From a virus (taxonomy: Duplodnaviria > Caudoviricetes): 40,842 nucleotides of DNA. Shown here one piece after another: positions 16,375-26,845 of the stretch; position 1 is the first letter of the stretch; every line of letters starts with the position of its first letter. The position numbers and the translations under genes were made by a program. The notes beneath the pieces are model-generated. The model did not search any database and was not told the DNA's origin. It was given only the letters and a program-made list of their open reading frames with translations. Location of the stretch: positions 1 to 40,842 of IMG/VR virus record IMGVR_UViG_3300022930_000013; one strand, written 5' to 3'.

Positions 16375-17463
16375 TTAAAGCGCTTCTGCTCCAAGATAAA
16401 CATATTCGTTCGTTACCAAAGAAGCACCGATCTGTGCGCCTCCTTGAATATAAATCATATTGTCGTCTTGTGAATACCAAATTCTGAAGTCCGGCAATTG
16501 GTCTGTTTCAGATGTTCCGATCAATATATTTGTTTCAGCTGTAAGCAAAGCTCTATAAGGGAAACCTAATCCTAAAGCATTGATTACTCCGTCAAATTCT
16601 CTGTGTACATGAATAGGAATTCCGAAGATACGTAAATCAGAATCTATATTGAAAGCTCTCATAGCCGTAATACCATCTGCTGAATAGCATTCGCAGTTGA
16701 TTCCATTTCTATCCCCCAATCCGTTCATCCATCCAACCAAAGCCGAAGCCATAGCTGCAGTCATTTCAAAACGTGCAGTAGCTTGATTAAACCAAGGCTG
16801 TAAAACAGCAGTATTGTAAGCTTGTAAAAGATAATTGTAAACGGCCTCTCCTGGCAATGCAACCGGTGCCCCTGATGTTCCTGAATTATTTTGAGTGATA
16901 AGGATTTTTGTTCCATCTCCCGCTTCTGCCTGTGTAAAAATACCGTCGATAGGTCTCAATAATGGGTAATTAGCATCTCCCGAAGCCGTTCCTCTGTCTC
17001 CAAAGAAAGCTACTCTCCATAGTGCCGCATCCAAATTAACGTTAAACTTGTCAACTATGTATTGGATTAAAGCCGAATTCAAGTCTGCATCCCCTGCTAG
17101 TCTTTTATACTGCCCCCAAAACGCTAAAAAGTTATCGTCAAATGTATTGATACAGATTGGAATTTTGCACCCGATCATTCCCAACTGCCAAGGCTTTGCT
17201 CCAAAACCTAAGTCAAGATCACAGTTTGGAACTGTACAGTTTGTAGGATCTTTATAAGGAAACGCATCATATTGTGGAGCAGTTGAAAGAATAGGAATAA
17301 CATTTCCGTCTCTTACGCCCGTAATTACCGTATGTGAATCTGCAAGCTTAGAAACCTCAAAAGATGATTCATATATTGCTTCAGCCAGTTTAACTTTATC
17401 AGCCGTTACTAAGTCTTCAACCAAAGCTAGTACAGCTGTTCCGAAATTAGTTGTAATTGCCAT
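16375..17463 (-). CDS. Major capsid protein
   Basis: 362 aa directly after the protease/scaffold gene. Contains D...R.AFFGD...IDGIF and FGIPI segments typical of HK97-fold capsids. Confidence 0.8.
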   Translation of the reverse strand: MAITTNFGTAVLALVEDLVTADKVKLAEAIYESSFEVSKLADSHTVITGVRDGNVIPILSTAPQYDAFPYKDPTNCTVPNCDLDLGFGAKPWQLGMIGCKIPICINTFDDNFLAFWGQYKRLAGDADLNSALIQYIVDKFNVNLDAALWRVAFFGDRGTASGDANYPLLRPIDGIFTQAEAGDGTKILITQNNSGTSGAPVALPGEAVYNYLLQAYNTAVLQPWFNQATARFEMTAAMASALVGWMNGLGDRNGINCECYSADGITAMRAFNIDSDLRIFGIPIHVHREFDGVINALGLGFPYRALLTAETNILIGTSETDQLPDFRIWYSQDDNMIYIQGGAQIGASLVTNEYVYLGAEAL

Positions 17464-18561
17464 TTATTTAGTTTTTTTGTATTTGTTAATATTTGAAATA
17501 GCCTTTGAAGCCTCAGAAACTTTTACTGTTTGTGATTCTTTAGGATTTGGCTTGTCAGAACTCGGTGCTTCTTTTGAAGTAGTAAGCTTTGCATTGGCAA
17601 TCAATAAAGATTGTTTTTTATTTTCAGTCGCCAATTCAGTTGCTTTCAAAGTGATAGCTTCCAACTGTTCTGCCAAAGTTGCATTTTCTTCTCTCAAAGC
17701 CAATACCTCTTCTGAGTCTGTTGCTTCGGCTTCCGGCTCTTTAATCTCTGTAAGCATTCCTGCTTCATCAAAAACAAAAGTCTTTCCGTCAGCCATAACA
17801 AATTCCCCTGTCGCTGGCGAACCGTCAAACTCTGCATAAGCACCAACCTCGATAACCTCATCTTCTTCAAGATTTGTAAAGTCTAATTCTTTTTCGTCAG
17901 CTGTATAAACGATTTTGTTTACCGCTACCATCGATTTTAAAAAAGCTTTAGCCGCAGCTATAATGCCTTTATTCTTTGGATTTTTAGTCATATCAATATT
18001 TAGTTTAGTATTAATTTTTTTATCGAATCTTTTTAAAGCTACGGGGCGCAAAACTTCTTCAATCGAAGTTGCAAATCTCATTTCTTTTGCAAGCGATGTG
18101 TTTATGAAAGTTTCTTTTTCCATAAGTTCATAAGCTTCTGCGAAAGTAAGATCTGTATGCGCTTCATAATGCCTGGCAAGTCTTGTGTTAAGAACTTTCA
18201 ATTCATTTTCTTGCGCTTCAGTAAGTTTTTCATCTGTATCGAATAATGCTTTATGAACGAATGGCTGAAGATCAGCTGTTAGTTCTCTTTCGTCTCCTGC
18301 TAAAAATATGATAGTAGCTATAGATCCTAAACGGCTTTCTCCAAATGTTTTAATCTTAACCCTGTTTTCTTTTGCGTATCTTCTCAATTCATAGTAAATG
18401 GCAAATCCTTCTTCTGCATCGCCTCCATGCGAGTTTATACGGCATAGTACAGGCTTACCTCCAGCTTCATTCAATTGCCTTTGAACGTCAAGAAGGGAAA
18501 CTTCCTTTTCTTCCTGTTCAGCAACGTTTGATATATAACCGTATATTTTTATTTCGTGCAT
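17464..18561 (-). CDS. ClpP-like (S14) prohead protease fused to a scaffold domain
   Basis: Motifs RINSHGGD, GSIATIIFLAGDER and FVH, followed by an acidic/coiled-coil C-terminal half. Confidence 0.85.
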   Translation of the reverse strand: MHEIKIYGYISNVAEQEEKEVSLLDVQRQLNEAGGKPVLCRINSHGGDAEEGFAIYYELRRYAKENRVKIKTFGESRLGSIATIIFLAGDERELTADLQPFVHKALFDTDEKLTEAQENELKVLNTRLARHYEAHTDLTFAEAYELMEKETFINTSLAKEMRFATSIEEVLRPVALKRFDKKINTKLNIDMTKNPKNKGIIAAAKAFLKSMVAVNKIVYTADEKELDFTNLEEDEVIEVGAYAEFDGSPATGEFVMADGKTFVFDEAGMLTEIKEPEAEATDSEEVLALREENATLAEQLEAITLKATELATENKKQSLLIANAKLTTSKEAPSSDKPNPKESQTVKVSEASKAISNINKYKKTK

Positions 18562-18636
18562 TGAAATTAATTTTGTATAAAATTAGAGTATAATTAAAAA
18601 ACAATTGCTTATTTTTGTTGTTATAATATTTAAACA

Positions 18637-18870
18637 ATGATTATACTTTTTTTATGAATTGTATTTAGTTTTTTATATTCAGCTAAAAATGAATATATAA
18701 AAAGGCATAAGGCTAAGAATAAAAACGATAATGATTATAAAGAATATTTGAAATGGTGTTTAGATAATGGAGAAATACCCGCTGATAAAATATCATTTAT
18801 TAAAGAAATTGAGGATAAAGAAAATAATATAAATAAATTAATAAGCGGACGCCGAAAAGCTAAAGAGTAG
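18637..18870 (+). pseudogene. Small membrane-anchored protein interrupted by an in-frame TGA at codon 7
   Basis: MIILFL*IVFSFLYSAKNEY...KAKE* reads in one frame. TGA is at 18655-18657 and TATTTTTG lies upstream at 18610-18617. Confidence 0.55.
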
Positions 18871-18893
18871 GCAATATACAAATACACAAATTT

Positions 18894-19163
18894 ATGTACA
18901 CATTAAGAAAGATTATCAAAGATCAAGAAGAGTGCAATTTTAATTTAGGAAATTACTATTCTTTAGTTGAAAAGTCAAAAAATCCTGATAGGTTTGAAAT
19001 GGATTTTAAAATGTTTTTCAATAATCAGCCTCCACATACAGAAGATATATGTTATGCTTTTATAACATCAGAAAATGGTAAAATGGAAGCTTTATGGGAG
19101 AGCCAAAAAAATTACATAATGACTGATACTGGAAAAACATTTTCTAACCTTTCAATAAAATAG
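18894..19163 (+). CDS. Hypothetical protein
   Basis: 89-aa ORF ending YIMT..GKTF.NLS. Confidence 0.75.
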   Translation: MYTLRKIIKDQEECNFNLGNYYSLVEKSKNPDRFEMDFKMFFNNQPPHTEDICYAFITSENGKMEALWESQKNYIMTDTGKTFSNLSIK

Positions 19164-19165
19164 TT

Positions 19166-19315
19166 ATGGATAATAAAAAACAACTTAAAAAATATATTGA
19201 AGATAAACCTAAACAGTTCGATATATATATAAAGTATGCAAGATTTATTTATCCTTCTATTGTTGTTTTAGGAATATTATCTTTATTTTTTTTATATTTA
19301 ACGAATAGATTGTAA
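19166..19315 (+). CDS. Small protein with a C-terminal TM (49 aa)
   Basis: Read by hand: MDNKKQLKKY...IVVLGILSLFFLYLTNRL*. Confidence 0.6.
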   Translation: MDNKKQLKKYIEDKPKQFDIYIKYARFIYPSIVVLGILSLFFLYLTNRL

Positions 19316-19319
19316 ATAC

Positions 19320-19352
19320 AAAACCCGCTAATTAATTTAAGCGGGTTTTTTT
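19320..19352. terminator. Bidirectional intrinsic terminator
   Basis: AAAACCCGCT..AGCGGGTTTTTTT between convergent genes. Confidence 0.85.
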
Positions 19353-19579
19353 ATATCCTTTTCCATTTCTCTGATTGCTTTTCGTACAGTATTTATGCTT
19401 ACTTTTAAATCGATTCCTACAGATCCGTAACGCTTCATCTTAGGAAGCATTGCGTCTGTATTTAAGAACCTCAAATAAATATCATAATCAGTCATTAAAG
19501 ACAGCGGAACTCTTCCCAACTGAACAAGTTGCTTTATAATGCATATATTCTGCTCAATATAATCTACTACTCTTGCCAT
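19337..19579 (-). CDS. Small HTH-like protein
   Basis: Y..VG.DLKVS.NTVRKAI looks like an HTH. Confidence 0.65.
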   Translation of the reverse strand: MARVVDYIEQNICIIKQLVQLGRVPLSLMTDYDIYLRFLNTDAMLPKMKRYGSVGIDLKVSINTVRKAIREMEKDIKKPA

Positions 19580-19857
19580 TTATTGCATTTTGTTTTTGAC
19601 TGCCTTAATTTATAACTCAAAGTGCATCCGCATTCACCGCACATTTTATCTGAAAGTAAAGGTAATGTTTTATCTTCAACTCGCAAAAATGATATTGGAT
19701 CATCCTCAAAGAATATGCATCCTTGACAAATTTTTGACCTTTTTAAAGCCGTAAATTCAACTTCTTTAACTTGGTTGTGAAAATTTAATACACCTTCTTC
19801 CAAAGGCTGTAATCCTTCTTTAACCAAAGACTTTATTTTTTTGCTAAAACTTTGCAT
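19567..19857 (-). CDS. Small Cys-rich (Zn-binding) protein
   Basis: Likely start MQSFSKK at 19857. Contains CQGC...CGECGC...C.KW. Confidence 0.7.
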   Translation of the reverse strand: MQSFSKKIKSLVKEGLQPLEEGVLNFHNQVKEVEFTALKRSKICQGCIFFEDDPISFLRVEDKTLPLLSDKMCGECGCTLSYKLRQSKTKCNKWQE

Positions 19858-22684
19858 TGTTCTGTACGTTTCTGTTATCTGAAGCATCGATTAGTCCTTT
19901 ATTAGTTCCTTCAGCCGCTCCCAAAAGAGATCCTCTGTAAACAGCATCGGCTACCATTTCTGCCATAGCATTGTTAACAGCAGTATTCGACATATTATCT
20001 TGTATTATACTGCTTGTATTTCCATCAAGTCCAATACCCCCGCCTGCTTGGTTTATGGCTCCGAGCAGTTCCGGAAACATTTGCGTTGCTCTTGCTGTTA
20101 TGACGCTTTCTCCCGCTGATAGGTTGGCACTAATACTATCAGAAGTTCCAGAACCTATTCCTGTCAATCCGATAACTCCTTTAGCATATCCAGGGTTTGA
20201 CTGACCGCCTCCCTCTACTTTGGCTGTTTTAGTTGATACAATCTTTTTAACATTTGCCAAACCTGCAACTACCGCCGCTCCTGCCGCAATTCCTCCCAAT
20301 ACGGGGCCGACTACAGGTATTCCAGCTAAAGAAGAGTAAGCAGATGTAGCAGCCTTATAAGTATCAATTGTAGCCTGCGCTACTGCGGCGGCTTTTCCTG
20401 CGGCACTTTCTTTTCCCAATATAGAAGCAAGGTTTCCAAAAGTTGACGAGGCTAGCTGTAGCTTGTTATCTTGAACCGTTTTTTCAATTGCTTTTTTCTT
20501 TTCAGCTTCTGCCTTTTCAAATAAAAGCATATCTGCTCCGTTCTTTATTGCCGCTTCTTTTCGTTCTGCATATTCACGATTATATCGCTCCATCTGCAAT
20601 GCAAGGTCATATTCAAACCTTTCAGCATTCAATTCATCCTGAAGCAATATATCGGCTGCCTGCTGTTCTTTTTTAGCTTCGGTTCTTTCTTTCTCAGTTT
20701 CTTCATTTGCAAGCCTTTGGTTTTCGTCAAGCTGTGCAATGGCTAGATTATATTCATTGGCACTTATAAGTCCTGCAACGTATCTTTGAGTTAGCGCATT
20801 AGCTTCGGCTTCGCTCACTAGATTTATCCTTTCTAATTCCTGTCTGTAAAGTTCATCAGAAAAGAATTTGTTTTCATCAATCTTTCTTTGATTGTTAAGC
20901 TTGAATAATTCCAACTCAATATTGGCGTTTTCAATAGTCGCATCTAACTGAAGCTTTGCAAATTCATTTTGAGCTTCAAGTATTGCCAAATCATATTCAC
21001 GCCTTGTTTTTTTCTTTGCCTCATATTCTGCCTTTGCTATTGCTATGGAACGGTTCATTACCTCAGTATCTATTATCAACTGATCTTCCATAGAACGCTT
21101 TCTTTCGCCCTGCGACTGAATATAATAAGCAAGTTCTGTCTGCATTGCCTTAATAGCTTTGTCTTGGCGTTCTTTAGCTTTTGCTATAAGTTCATCCTGT
21201 CTTGCCTTTTCAGCATCTGCCGCTTCTTTTCTCAATGAATTATCATTTGCAAGCTTTTCTGAACGCTGTCCTTCGATCCTTTCTTCTATATCGGCAATCT
21301 GTGTAAGAGCTTCTATATAGTCAGACTGTATAGTCTTGTCAAGCTGTGAGGCTTTTGCCCTCATCTCAGCAACCTTTAGAGCCATATTAGCAATTTCTAG
21401 CTCTTTAACCGCCTGCTCGTCCAAAAGCTTTCCTAATTCTGCATTTGCTTTTATCCTTTCGGGTATAGTCCTGCTTTCATCATCCCTAAGCTGTCTTAGC
21501 TTCTCTGCGCTTCTTTGGTATTCTAACTGCGTAAGCCTTGCCCGCATCTGTGCCTGTTCTAATTCTCTTTCCGCTTTGGCTAGATTGTAAGCCTCTACGC
21601 TTGAATCCTTTACTTCATTGGTAAAATCCTTTACTGCTTTTGCGGATTCTTCAAAACCTAAAAAGTCTAAGGATGCTGAAACTACATTAGCTGCTGTTTC
21701 TGCCGCTTCTGCTAATAATTCGAAAGCACCTACCAAAGTATCTATTATGTAAGTTCCTAAAGGCTCTAGTACTTTTAATACTGCATTAAATACCGAAGAA
21801 AGGCTGTTGAATACAGACGTTATTTTATCTGCAGACTGCTTATTCTTGTCCATTGCGTTTTTAATGAGCAAAAAAGCCAATACTACTGCGGCCAATACCG
21901 CACCTATAGGCGTTAGCAAAAAAGCAAGCATGGATTTAGTAAGTCCTATAGTTGCCTGAGTAGTAGCTTTCAATGAGTTGGTTAGCAATGCGCCAGATCC
22001 TCCTGCTTCCTGTGATCTCTGTGCAAAACCCGACAACCCTCCGTTAAATATATTCAAGTCGCTAAATGCCGATTTTATAGATTCTGAATAATTACCTATG
22101 TTTATTTTTTGCTGTTCGTATGCAGATGCGTTAGTTCTTATGAATTCATTGTTTTCATTTAACCTTTCGTTAAGTTCCGTTATAAGTTCAGCTTCTTCAG
22201 CTATTGCAGGATTTAATTGATTTCTTACTCTTAACAATTCTGTATTGCTTGCCCTTGCCTGATTTATATTAGTTACTTGGGTTTGAAGAGCTTTATTTCC
22301 TGCCGCTATAAGTGTGGTCTGCTGTGCTTCCGCATTCATATAGGCACGAAGCTGAGTAGTAGTAGCAGTTATCTCCTGTCTAACCCTTGCCATGTTTGTA
22401 GCAACGTTTTGAGAGTTTTTATAGTTTTGTAACTGTACTGCATTAAGTTGTTCTAAAGCTTTTTTATTTTCTTCATAGGCATCAGAACCCTCTTCTCCTG
22501 CATCGGCTAATCTCTGTTGCTCCTTTACTAAATCATTTATTACTTTCTGCGCTTCTTTTGCAGTATTGTTGTAAGATTCCTGTTCCTTCTTAAGCTCAAA
22601 CATTTTTGTCTGCAAACGGTCTAGGCTGGATTCAAGCCTTGCGGTATCAAGTTCAAAAGTCGCTAAATTTATATTTTCTGCCAT
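19844..22684 (-). CDS. Tail tape measure protein
   Basis: 946 aa, Ala/Glu/Gln-rich coiled coil with hydrophobic segments, INIGNY, and a C-terminal YAKG...G.GTSDSI.A.LS.GESV motif. Confidence 0.9.
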   Translation of the reverse strand: MAENINLATFELDTARLESSLDRLQTKMFELKKEQESYNNTAKEAQKVINDLVKEQQRLADAGEEGSDAYEENKKALEQLNAVQLQNYKNSQNVATNMARVRQEITATTTQLRAYMNAEAQQTTLIAAGNKALQTQVTNINQARASNTELLRVRNQLNPAIAEEAELITELNERLNENNEFIRTNASAYEQQKINIGNYSESIKSAFSDLNIFNGGLSGFAQRSQEAGGSGALLTNSLKATTQATIGLTKSMLAFLLTPIGAVLAAVVLAFLLIKNAMDKNKQSADKITSVFNSLSSVFNAVLKVLEPLGTYIIDTLVGAFELLAEAAETAANVVSASLDFLGFEESAKAVKDFTNEVKDSSVEAYNLAKAERELEQAQMRARLTQLEYQRSAEKLRQLRDDESRTIPERIKANAELGKLLDEQAVKELEIANMALKVAEMRAKASQLDKTIQSDYIEALTQIADIEERIEGQRSEKLANDNSLRKEAADAEKARQDELIAKAKERQDKAIKAMQTELAYYIQSQGERKRSMEDQLIIDTEVMNRSIAIAKAEYEAKKKTRREYDLAILEAQNEFAKLQLDATIENANIELELFKLNNQRKIDENKFFSDELYRQELERINLVSEAEANALTQRYVAGLISANEYNLAIAQLDENQRLANEETEKERTEAKKEQQAADILLQDELNAERFEYDLALQMERYNREYAERKEAAIKNGADMLLFEKAEAEKKKAIEKTVQDNKLQLASSTFGNLASILGKESAAGKAAAVAQATIDTYKAATSAYSSLAGIPVVGPVLGGIAAGAAVVAGLANVKKIVSTKTAKVEGGGQSNPGYAKGVIGLTGIGSGTSDSISANLSAGESVITARATQMFPELLGAINQAGGGIGLDGNTSSIIQDNMSNTAVNNAMAEMVADAVYRGSLLGAAEGTNKGLIDASDNRNVQNNAKF

Positions 22685-24894
22685 TATGCTACAAGGTTGA
22701 TTGTTTCTATTTCCGATTTTCTATAACCGGTATTTGTATTTGATTCAGTAAGTTGTATTTGATAATCTCGTGTTTCTGAAGCTTGATATCCAAAGGTTAT
22801 AACCCCTGTATTCGCTCTAGGTATGGAGTATCTTTGACCATCTATAAATACATATAGGTTTGATGTCCTGAAATATGTACGGTCATAATAAACCTTTATT
22901 GTATAAACTCCCTGATTGCCTCCTATTTTTTCAATAAGGGTAATTACATTAGGATCGGGAATAACAGGTACAGAAGGGATAATCTTTATACATTCTGCCT
23001 TTGAAGCCTGTCCTTTTTGGAATGATATTTTGTTTATTAAATAATAGCTTCCTTCCTGCGAAAAATAATATATTTTAGATAAATCTATATTAATTATATC
23101 TACGCTTGATAAATTAAGACTTATATCGTGAGATCTGAAATTATCAAATATCTTTTGAAACTGCGAATACTTAATAGGCACTAGCTGATCAAAAAGCGTA
23201 AGGGAAGTATTAGAAAAAATAAGTGAAGATACATTTTCGCTTCCTATTACAGCATCGCTTGAAAGCTTGAAGTTTCCGTTCTTCTGGGTAAATCTTAAAA
23301 AATAAAATCTGTTATCTAAAGGTTTGTATTCTATTGATATTTCTCCATTTCCGTCATCTTTAGGCTCTGCTTTCCACATTGGCAATATGCTTGCTAAAGT
23401 TGGGTTTAAACCGTTTGAATCTAAAAATTCCGAAGTGCCTATTTCCGGAGCATAAAGCTGTGTCTGAGCTAATGTCCTTTCGGCATCTATATTTTTATTA
23501 TTTACCAATAAAACACCGTCATTGGAATTCTGACCTTCATTGTTGTATTTCATTTTAAATAAGTTCCTTTGAGAATAAGAACTTTTTATATAGCTCTCAT
23601 CCGTCCTAGAAACATATTTATCCGTCCAGTCAACTGCATTTGAAAAACTAAGCCTGTCTTCAATTTTTAAAAAAGAAACTTTTTTTTCTTTAGATAGTAT
23701 TGGCGTCACTCCTGTTCTCCAAATAATCTCCTTAATAAAATCAGTTATCTTAAATGATTTCATCGCTGAAGTTAAATTTATATCTCCCTGATTTACTCTT
23801 TTTATATTTAAAACAATAGATTGAACATGAAATTCACGCAAAGATATAGCTCCTATTGACGTACCTCCGTATCTCTGTTCTGTTACATACATTTTTATAT
23901 TTATCCTGTCTCCTGCTTCTAAGAATACCGAAACCTGCCTTTCAACCACTTCATAAGCATCGCTTAAAAATGTTTCTAAAGCTATTCCGTTTTTTTCGAT
24001 AACTGTGTAAAATTTAATATATGCCGTATTAGAAAGATAAACGCCTCTATAAAGTGCATATCCTTTAATCTTTAGATTTAGAGTGTAAGGAGAAGTTATT
24101 CCGCATATATAAGAACCTCCTGAAACAGAACCCTCATTTACTATAGAAGGGCGTATATTCCATGCTTTATTAAAATCTGGAATCTCATAAACATTTGGAG
24201 CGGTATTTATATACGGAGATACGAAAGTAGGTTTCTCCAAGTTTGCAGAAACAACTCCTGAAGTTATGGAAGTAGCTAAAGGATAGGTTATGAATAGTCC
24301 ATTTATAAAATCATTTATCCCTTGGAAATCAACACTCCATCCAAACGTATTAAATATTAATTCCAACAATTTTGAAACGGAAAATGAAGGAGAAAGATAA
24401 TCTATATTTATACCTCCATCGGTGTATTTTTTTCCCCCATAGTCAGCGACTATGTATTTGTAGTAGTCGTTATTTATACTTTCAGTTACCGTTTCAATGT
24501 TCTTTTCGTGATTGAAATTAGAAAGATCTAGGTCAACGCCAATTGTTTTGTTTTCCATTGACTTGAACAATTCTACTATTCCATTTATTACGGCAATTTT
24601 ATAATTTTCAGATGTAGATGAAATGTCTAAATAACCGCTTGAAACTATTTCAAAACCATCTTCTTTTATTGAAGCAGAAATTCTTTCATAAGGTATGGTA
24701 GAAGTATCTCCTGCTATGCCTAGCATATTAAAAGCCTCAGTGTTTTTATCGCTTTTTGGAATCTGAAAAGAATTGGTGTAAGAACTTGAAACAGATGCAA
24801 TATCAAATATATCAGCAATCTGAACTGTATATTTTATATCCTGTCCTTTTTCTCCCAAATCAAGTGTCTTGCCGTTTGCAGTTACTTCTACCAT
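22684..24894 (-). CDS. Tail tip / baseplate-like protein
   Basis: 736 aa adjacent to the tape measure gene, starting LDL....I.Y..Q..DI.D......SYTNSF.IP. Confidence 0.7.
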   Translation of the reverse strand: MVEVTANGKTLDLGEKGQDIKYTVQIADIFDIASVSSSYTNSFQIPKSDKNTEAFNMLGIAGDTSTIPYERISASIKEDGFEIVSSGYLDISSTSENYKIAVINGIVELFKSMENKTIGVDLDLSNFNHEKNIETVTESINNDYYKYIVADYGGKKYTDGGINIDYLSPSFSVSKLLELIFNTFGWSVDFQGINDFINGLFITYPLATSITSGVVSANLEKPTFVSPYINTAPNVYEIPDFNKAWNIRPSIVNEGSVSGGSYICGITSPYTLNLKIKGYALYRGVYLSNTAYIKFYTVIEKNGIALETFLSDAYEVVERQVSVFLEAGDRINIKMYVTEQRYGGTSIGAISLREFHVQSIVLNIKRVNQGDINLTSAMKSFKITDFIKEIIWRTGVTPILSKEKKVSFLKIEDRLSFSNAVDWTDKYVSRTDESYIKSSYSQRNLFKMKYNNEGQNSNDGVLLVNNKNIDAERTLAQTQLYAPEIGTSEFLDSNGLNPTLASILPMWKAEPKDDGNGEISIEYKPLDNRFYFLRFTQKNGNFKLSSDAVIGSENVSSLIFSNTSLTLFDQLVPIKYSQFQKIFDNFRSHDISLNLSSVDIINIDLSKIYYFSQEGSYYLINKISFQKGQASKAECIKIIPSVPVIPDPNVITLIEKIGGNQGVYTIKVYYDRTYFRTSNLYVFIDGQRYSIPRANTGVITFGYQASETRDYQIQLTESNTNTGYRKSEIETINLVA

Positions 24895-25727
24895 AATATG
24901 CTAGGATTAAACCTAAAATCAATTTCAAACTTCATCTTCAAACCATAAGCTCTTTTTATTGAATCTTTTTCAATGTTGTTTTTTGAAGATCTTATCCTAT
25001 TAAATATGCCTTCTTGATAAATATAAATCTCAGGACTTACAATAAGATCTTTAGCCATATCTGCATATTCTTTTGGGAACTTAGAATAGGCATTTATAAT
25101 ATTATTTACTTCATTTCCAAAATCATTTACTTGGTTATCCCTTATGAAACCTCCTAAGTTTGTATTTGATTCTGTAATTGAAACGCTTTCAAAAAACCAA
25201 TAAGAATAACCTCCTAGCTGATTTAAGAACTTTACATAAGCTCCATTGCATCCCCTTATATTTCTAAAGTCTAAAAGTTGTGAAGGTACATCGGCATTTG
25301 GAATAGTCGATATGGTATAGTCTGAATTGATATAGTCGTAAGTTATAGGCATTCCCTTGAATACAGGATATTTTAATGAAGGTTTAAGCCAATACGAAGA
25401 AACAGCGTTCCTGTTTGAATAAACGCTTCTTTCGCCCCCTCTTATAAAAGTCTTTGTAATTACTTCCGGAGCATTTCCAGACTGGGGCGTAAAAGTAATT
25501 CTGAATACATTTGAGTTTGAATTTTTATCAAACATTCCCCTGATAACATTTTGAATATTTACAAAGCCTCTATTTTGAATATCGGTATATGATCTCAATA
25601 TCTGAGGCTGTGTAGAAATACTTAGGTTCTCAAACTTAATATCAAAATATTCATTTGAATTATAATAAGTGAATCCTACCCTTATTTCGTTATTGATATA
25701 ATATCCATTGCTTTCTAATCCTGTCAT
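24888..25727 (-). CDS. Tail protein (distal-tail-like)
   Basis: Contains YVKFLNQLGGYSYWFF and DLIVSPEIY, in tail context. Confidence 0.65.
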   Translation of the reverse strand: MTGLESNGYYINNEIRVGFTYYNSNEYFDIKFENLSISTQPQILRSYTDIQNRGFVNIQNVIRGMFDKNSNSNVFRITFTPQSGNAPEVITKTFIRGGERSVYSNRNAVSSYWLKPSLKYPVFKGMPITYDYINSDYTISTIPNADVPSQLLDFRNIRGCNGAYVKFLNQLGGYSYWFFESVSITESNTNLGGFIRDNQVNDFGNEVNNIINAYSKFPKEYADMAKDLIVSPEIYIYQEGIFNRIRSSKNNIEKDSIKRAYGLKMKFEIDFRFNPSILW

Positions 25728-26188
25728 GATGAAAATGTATTTTGCAAGTTTCTAGTTATTTCGGATCTCAACATACCCGATATTTCAACTCCAAACTTAT
25801 TGTAAACAAATTGCGTTACCTGTGGACTTTCTAAAACCTCTAAAAGGTCTGTGCCGTTTGGGTAATAATCAGTACCTTCCTTCTCTATTTTTTTTGCAAC
25901 AGCAAAAGCGACACTCAATCCTTCTCGTCCGTATATCCCTAACTTATTTCCAACCCAATTAACTAAAGGTGTTATAGGCGGTCTTGATCCTCCTGCACGT
26001 CCATTTACTAAATAATAAGTATAATCTCGTCCCCATATTTCTCCATGTCCGTTTACAGACCTTGCTTCTAAGCTATTAATCCATTCGCCGGAAGCATTCA
26101 TTCCTAATTCAATAAATTTAGGCTTAAGATAGTTGTCTATAACTTCCTGCATTACTTCAATTATTTTTTCGTCGGGGATGGTTATCAT
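25724..26188 (-). CDS. Putative tail-completion / neck protein
   Basis: ASG....SL, YLVNGR.GG..PP...L..W and AFAVAKKI.KEGT pattern. Confidence 0.6.
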   Translation of the reverse strand: MITIPDEKIIEVMQEVIDNYLKPKFIELGMNASGEWINSLEARSVNGHGEIWGRDYTYYLVNGRAGGSRPPITPLVNWVGNKLGIYGREGLSVAFAVAKKIEKEGTDYYPNGTDLLEVLESPQVTQFVYNKFGVEISGMLRSEITRNLQNTFSS

Positions 26189-26346
26189 TTTTTAAATTGT
26201 TGAATAATAACTCCTAAACTAGGAGTAAAACCATTATCTATCATAATTGGCCTATTTGCTTTTTTTAATTGTTCAATTATTTTAAACATATTTTTAAAAT
26301 ATCCTTTTGATCTGATTTTTAATACTATAGGTTTTTTGTTTTCCAT
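26185..26346 (-). CDS. Small hypothetical protein (53 aa)
   Basis: Read by hand: MENKKPIVLKIRSKGYF...QQFKK*, with an ATGA overlap. Confidence 0.5.
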   Translation of the reverse strand: MENKKPIVLKIRSKGYFKNMFKIIEQLKKANRPIMIDNGFTPSLGVIIQQFKK

Positions 26347-26349
26347 AAT

Positions 26350-26844
26350 TTAATTATTAAAAGTGAAAGAATAGGTTATCCTCCATCCATTAAGGTTTTT
26401 ATCTAAATAGTTATGTATCAATTCAGCATCGCCAATTTGATTTATAATTACGTCTTTTCCCAGTATAACGCAATAATCTAATAAGTTTTCGCAACCCAAG
26501 CATTCAAGAATAGGATTAAATACCGTTGTCCATTTGCTTTCGCTTATAGGATGGTCTTTAATCTCATTATAATTATTTACCCCTATGGGCATTTCTTGAA
26601 CAGCATAAACCGTAGCAGTCCATGTGCAAGATTCAGAAGTTATAAATTGAGTGATATTATTTCTTACTATGTTTTTTCGATAACGGATATTAGTAAGCAT
26701 AACTTGAACACAGCAAGGTTCTGCTGATTGCTGTATGTTTATCTGGCTGTTTACTAAAGGCGCACCGAATTCCCAACACAAACCGCATTTTTGATCTTCC
26801 TGCCACTTAGTAACCTGCTTGTTCCAAAAGTCAACTATATCCAT
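26350..26844 (-). CDS. Putative tail terminator-like protein
   Basis: 164 aa ending NLNGWRITYSF. Call rests on context. Confidence 0.5.
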   Translation of the reverse strand: MDIVDFWNKQVTKWQEDQKCGLCWEFGAPLVNSQINIQQSAEPCCVQVMLTNIRYRKNIVRNNITQFITSESCTWTATVYAVQEMPIGVNNYNEIKDHPISESKWTTVFNPILECLGCENLLDYCVILGKDVIINQIGDAELIHNYLDKNLNGWRITYSFTFNN

Positions 26845-26845
26845 T

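Noticed and set aside
17464-18561. ClpP-like gene as the protease partner of the tmRNA tag
   Set aside because: Its position before the capsid gene and its scaffold-like C-terminus indicate an ordinary prohead protease.
18655-18657. Genome-wide TGA recoding
   Set aside because: TGA serves as the stop in many ATGA overlaps, and the long genes are intact under code 11.
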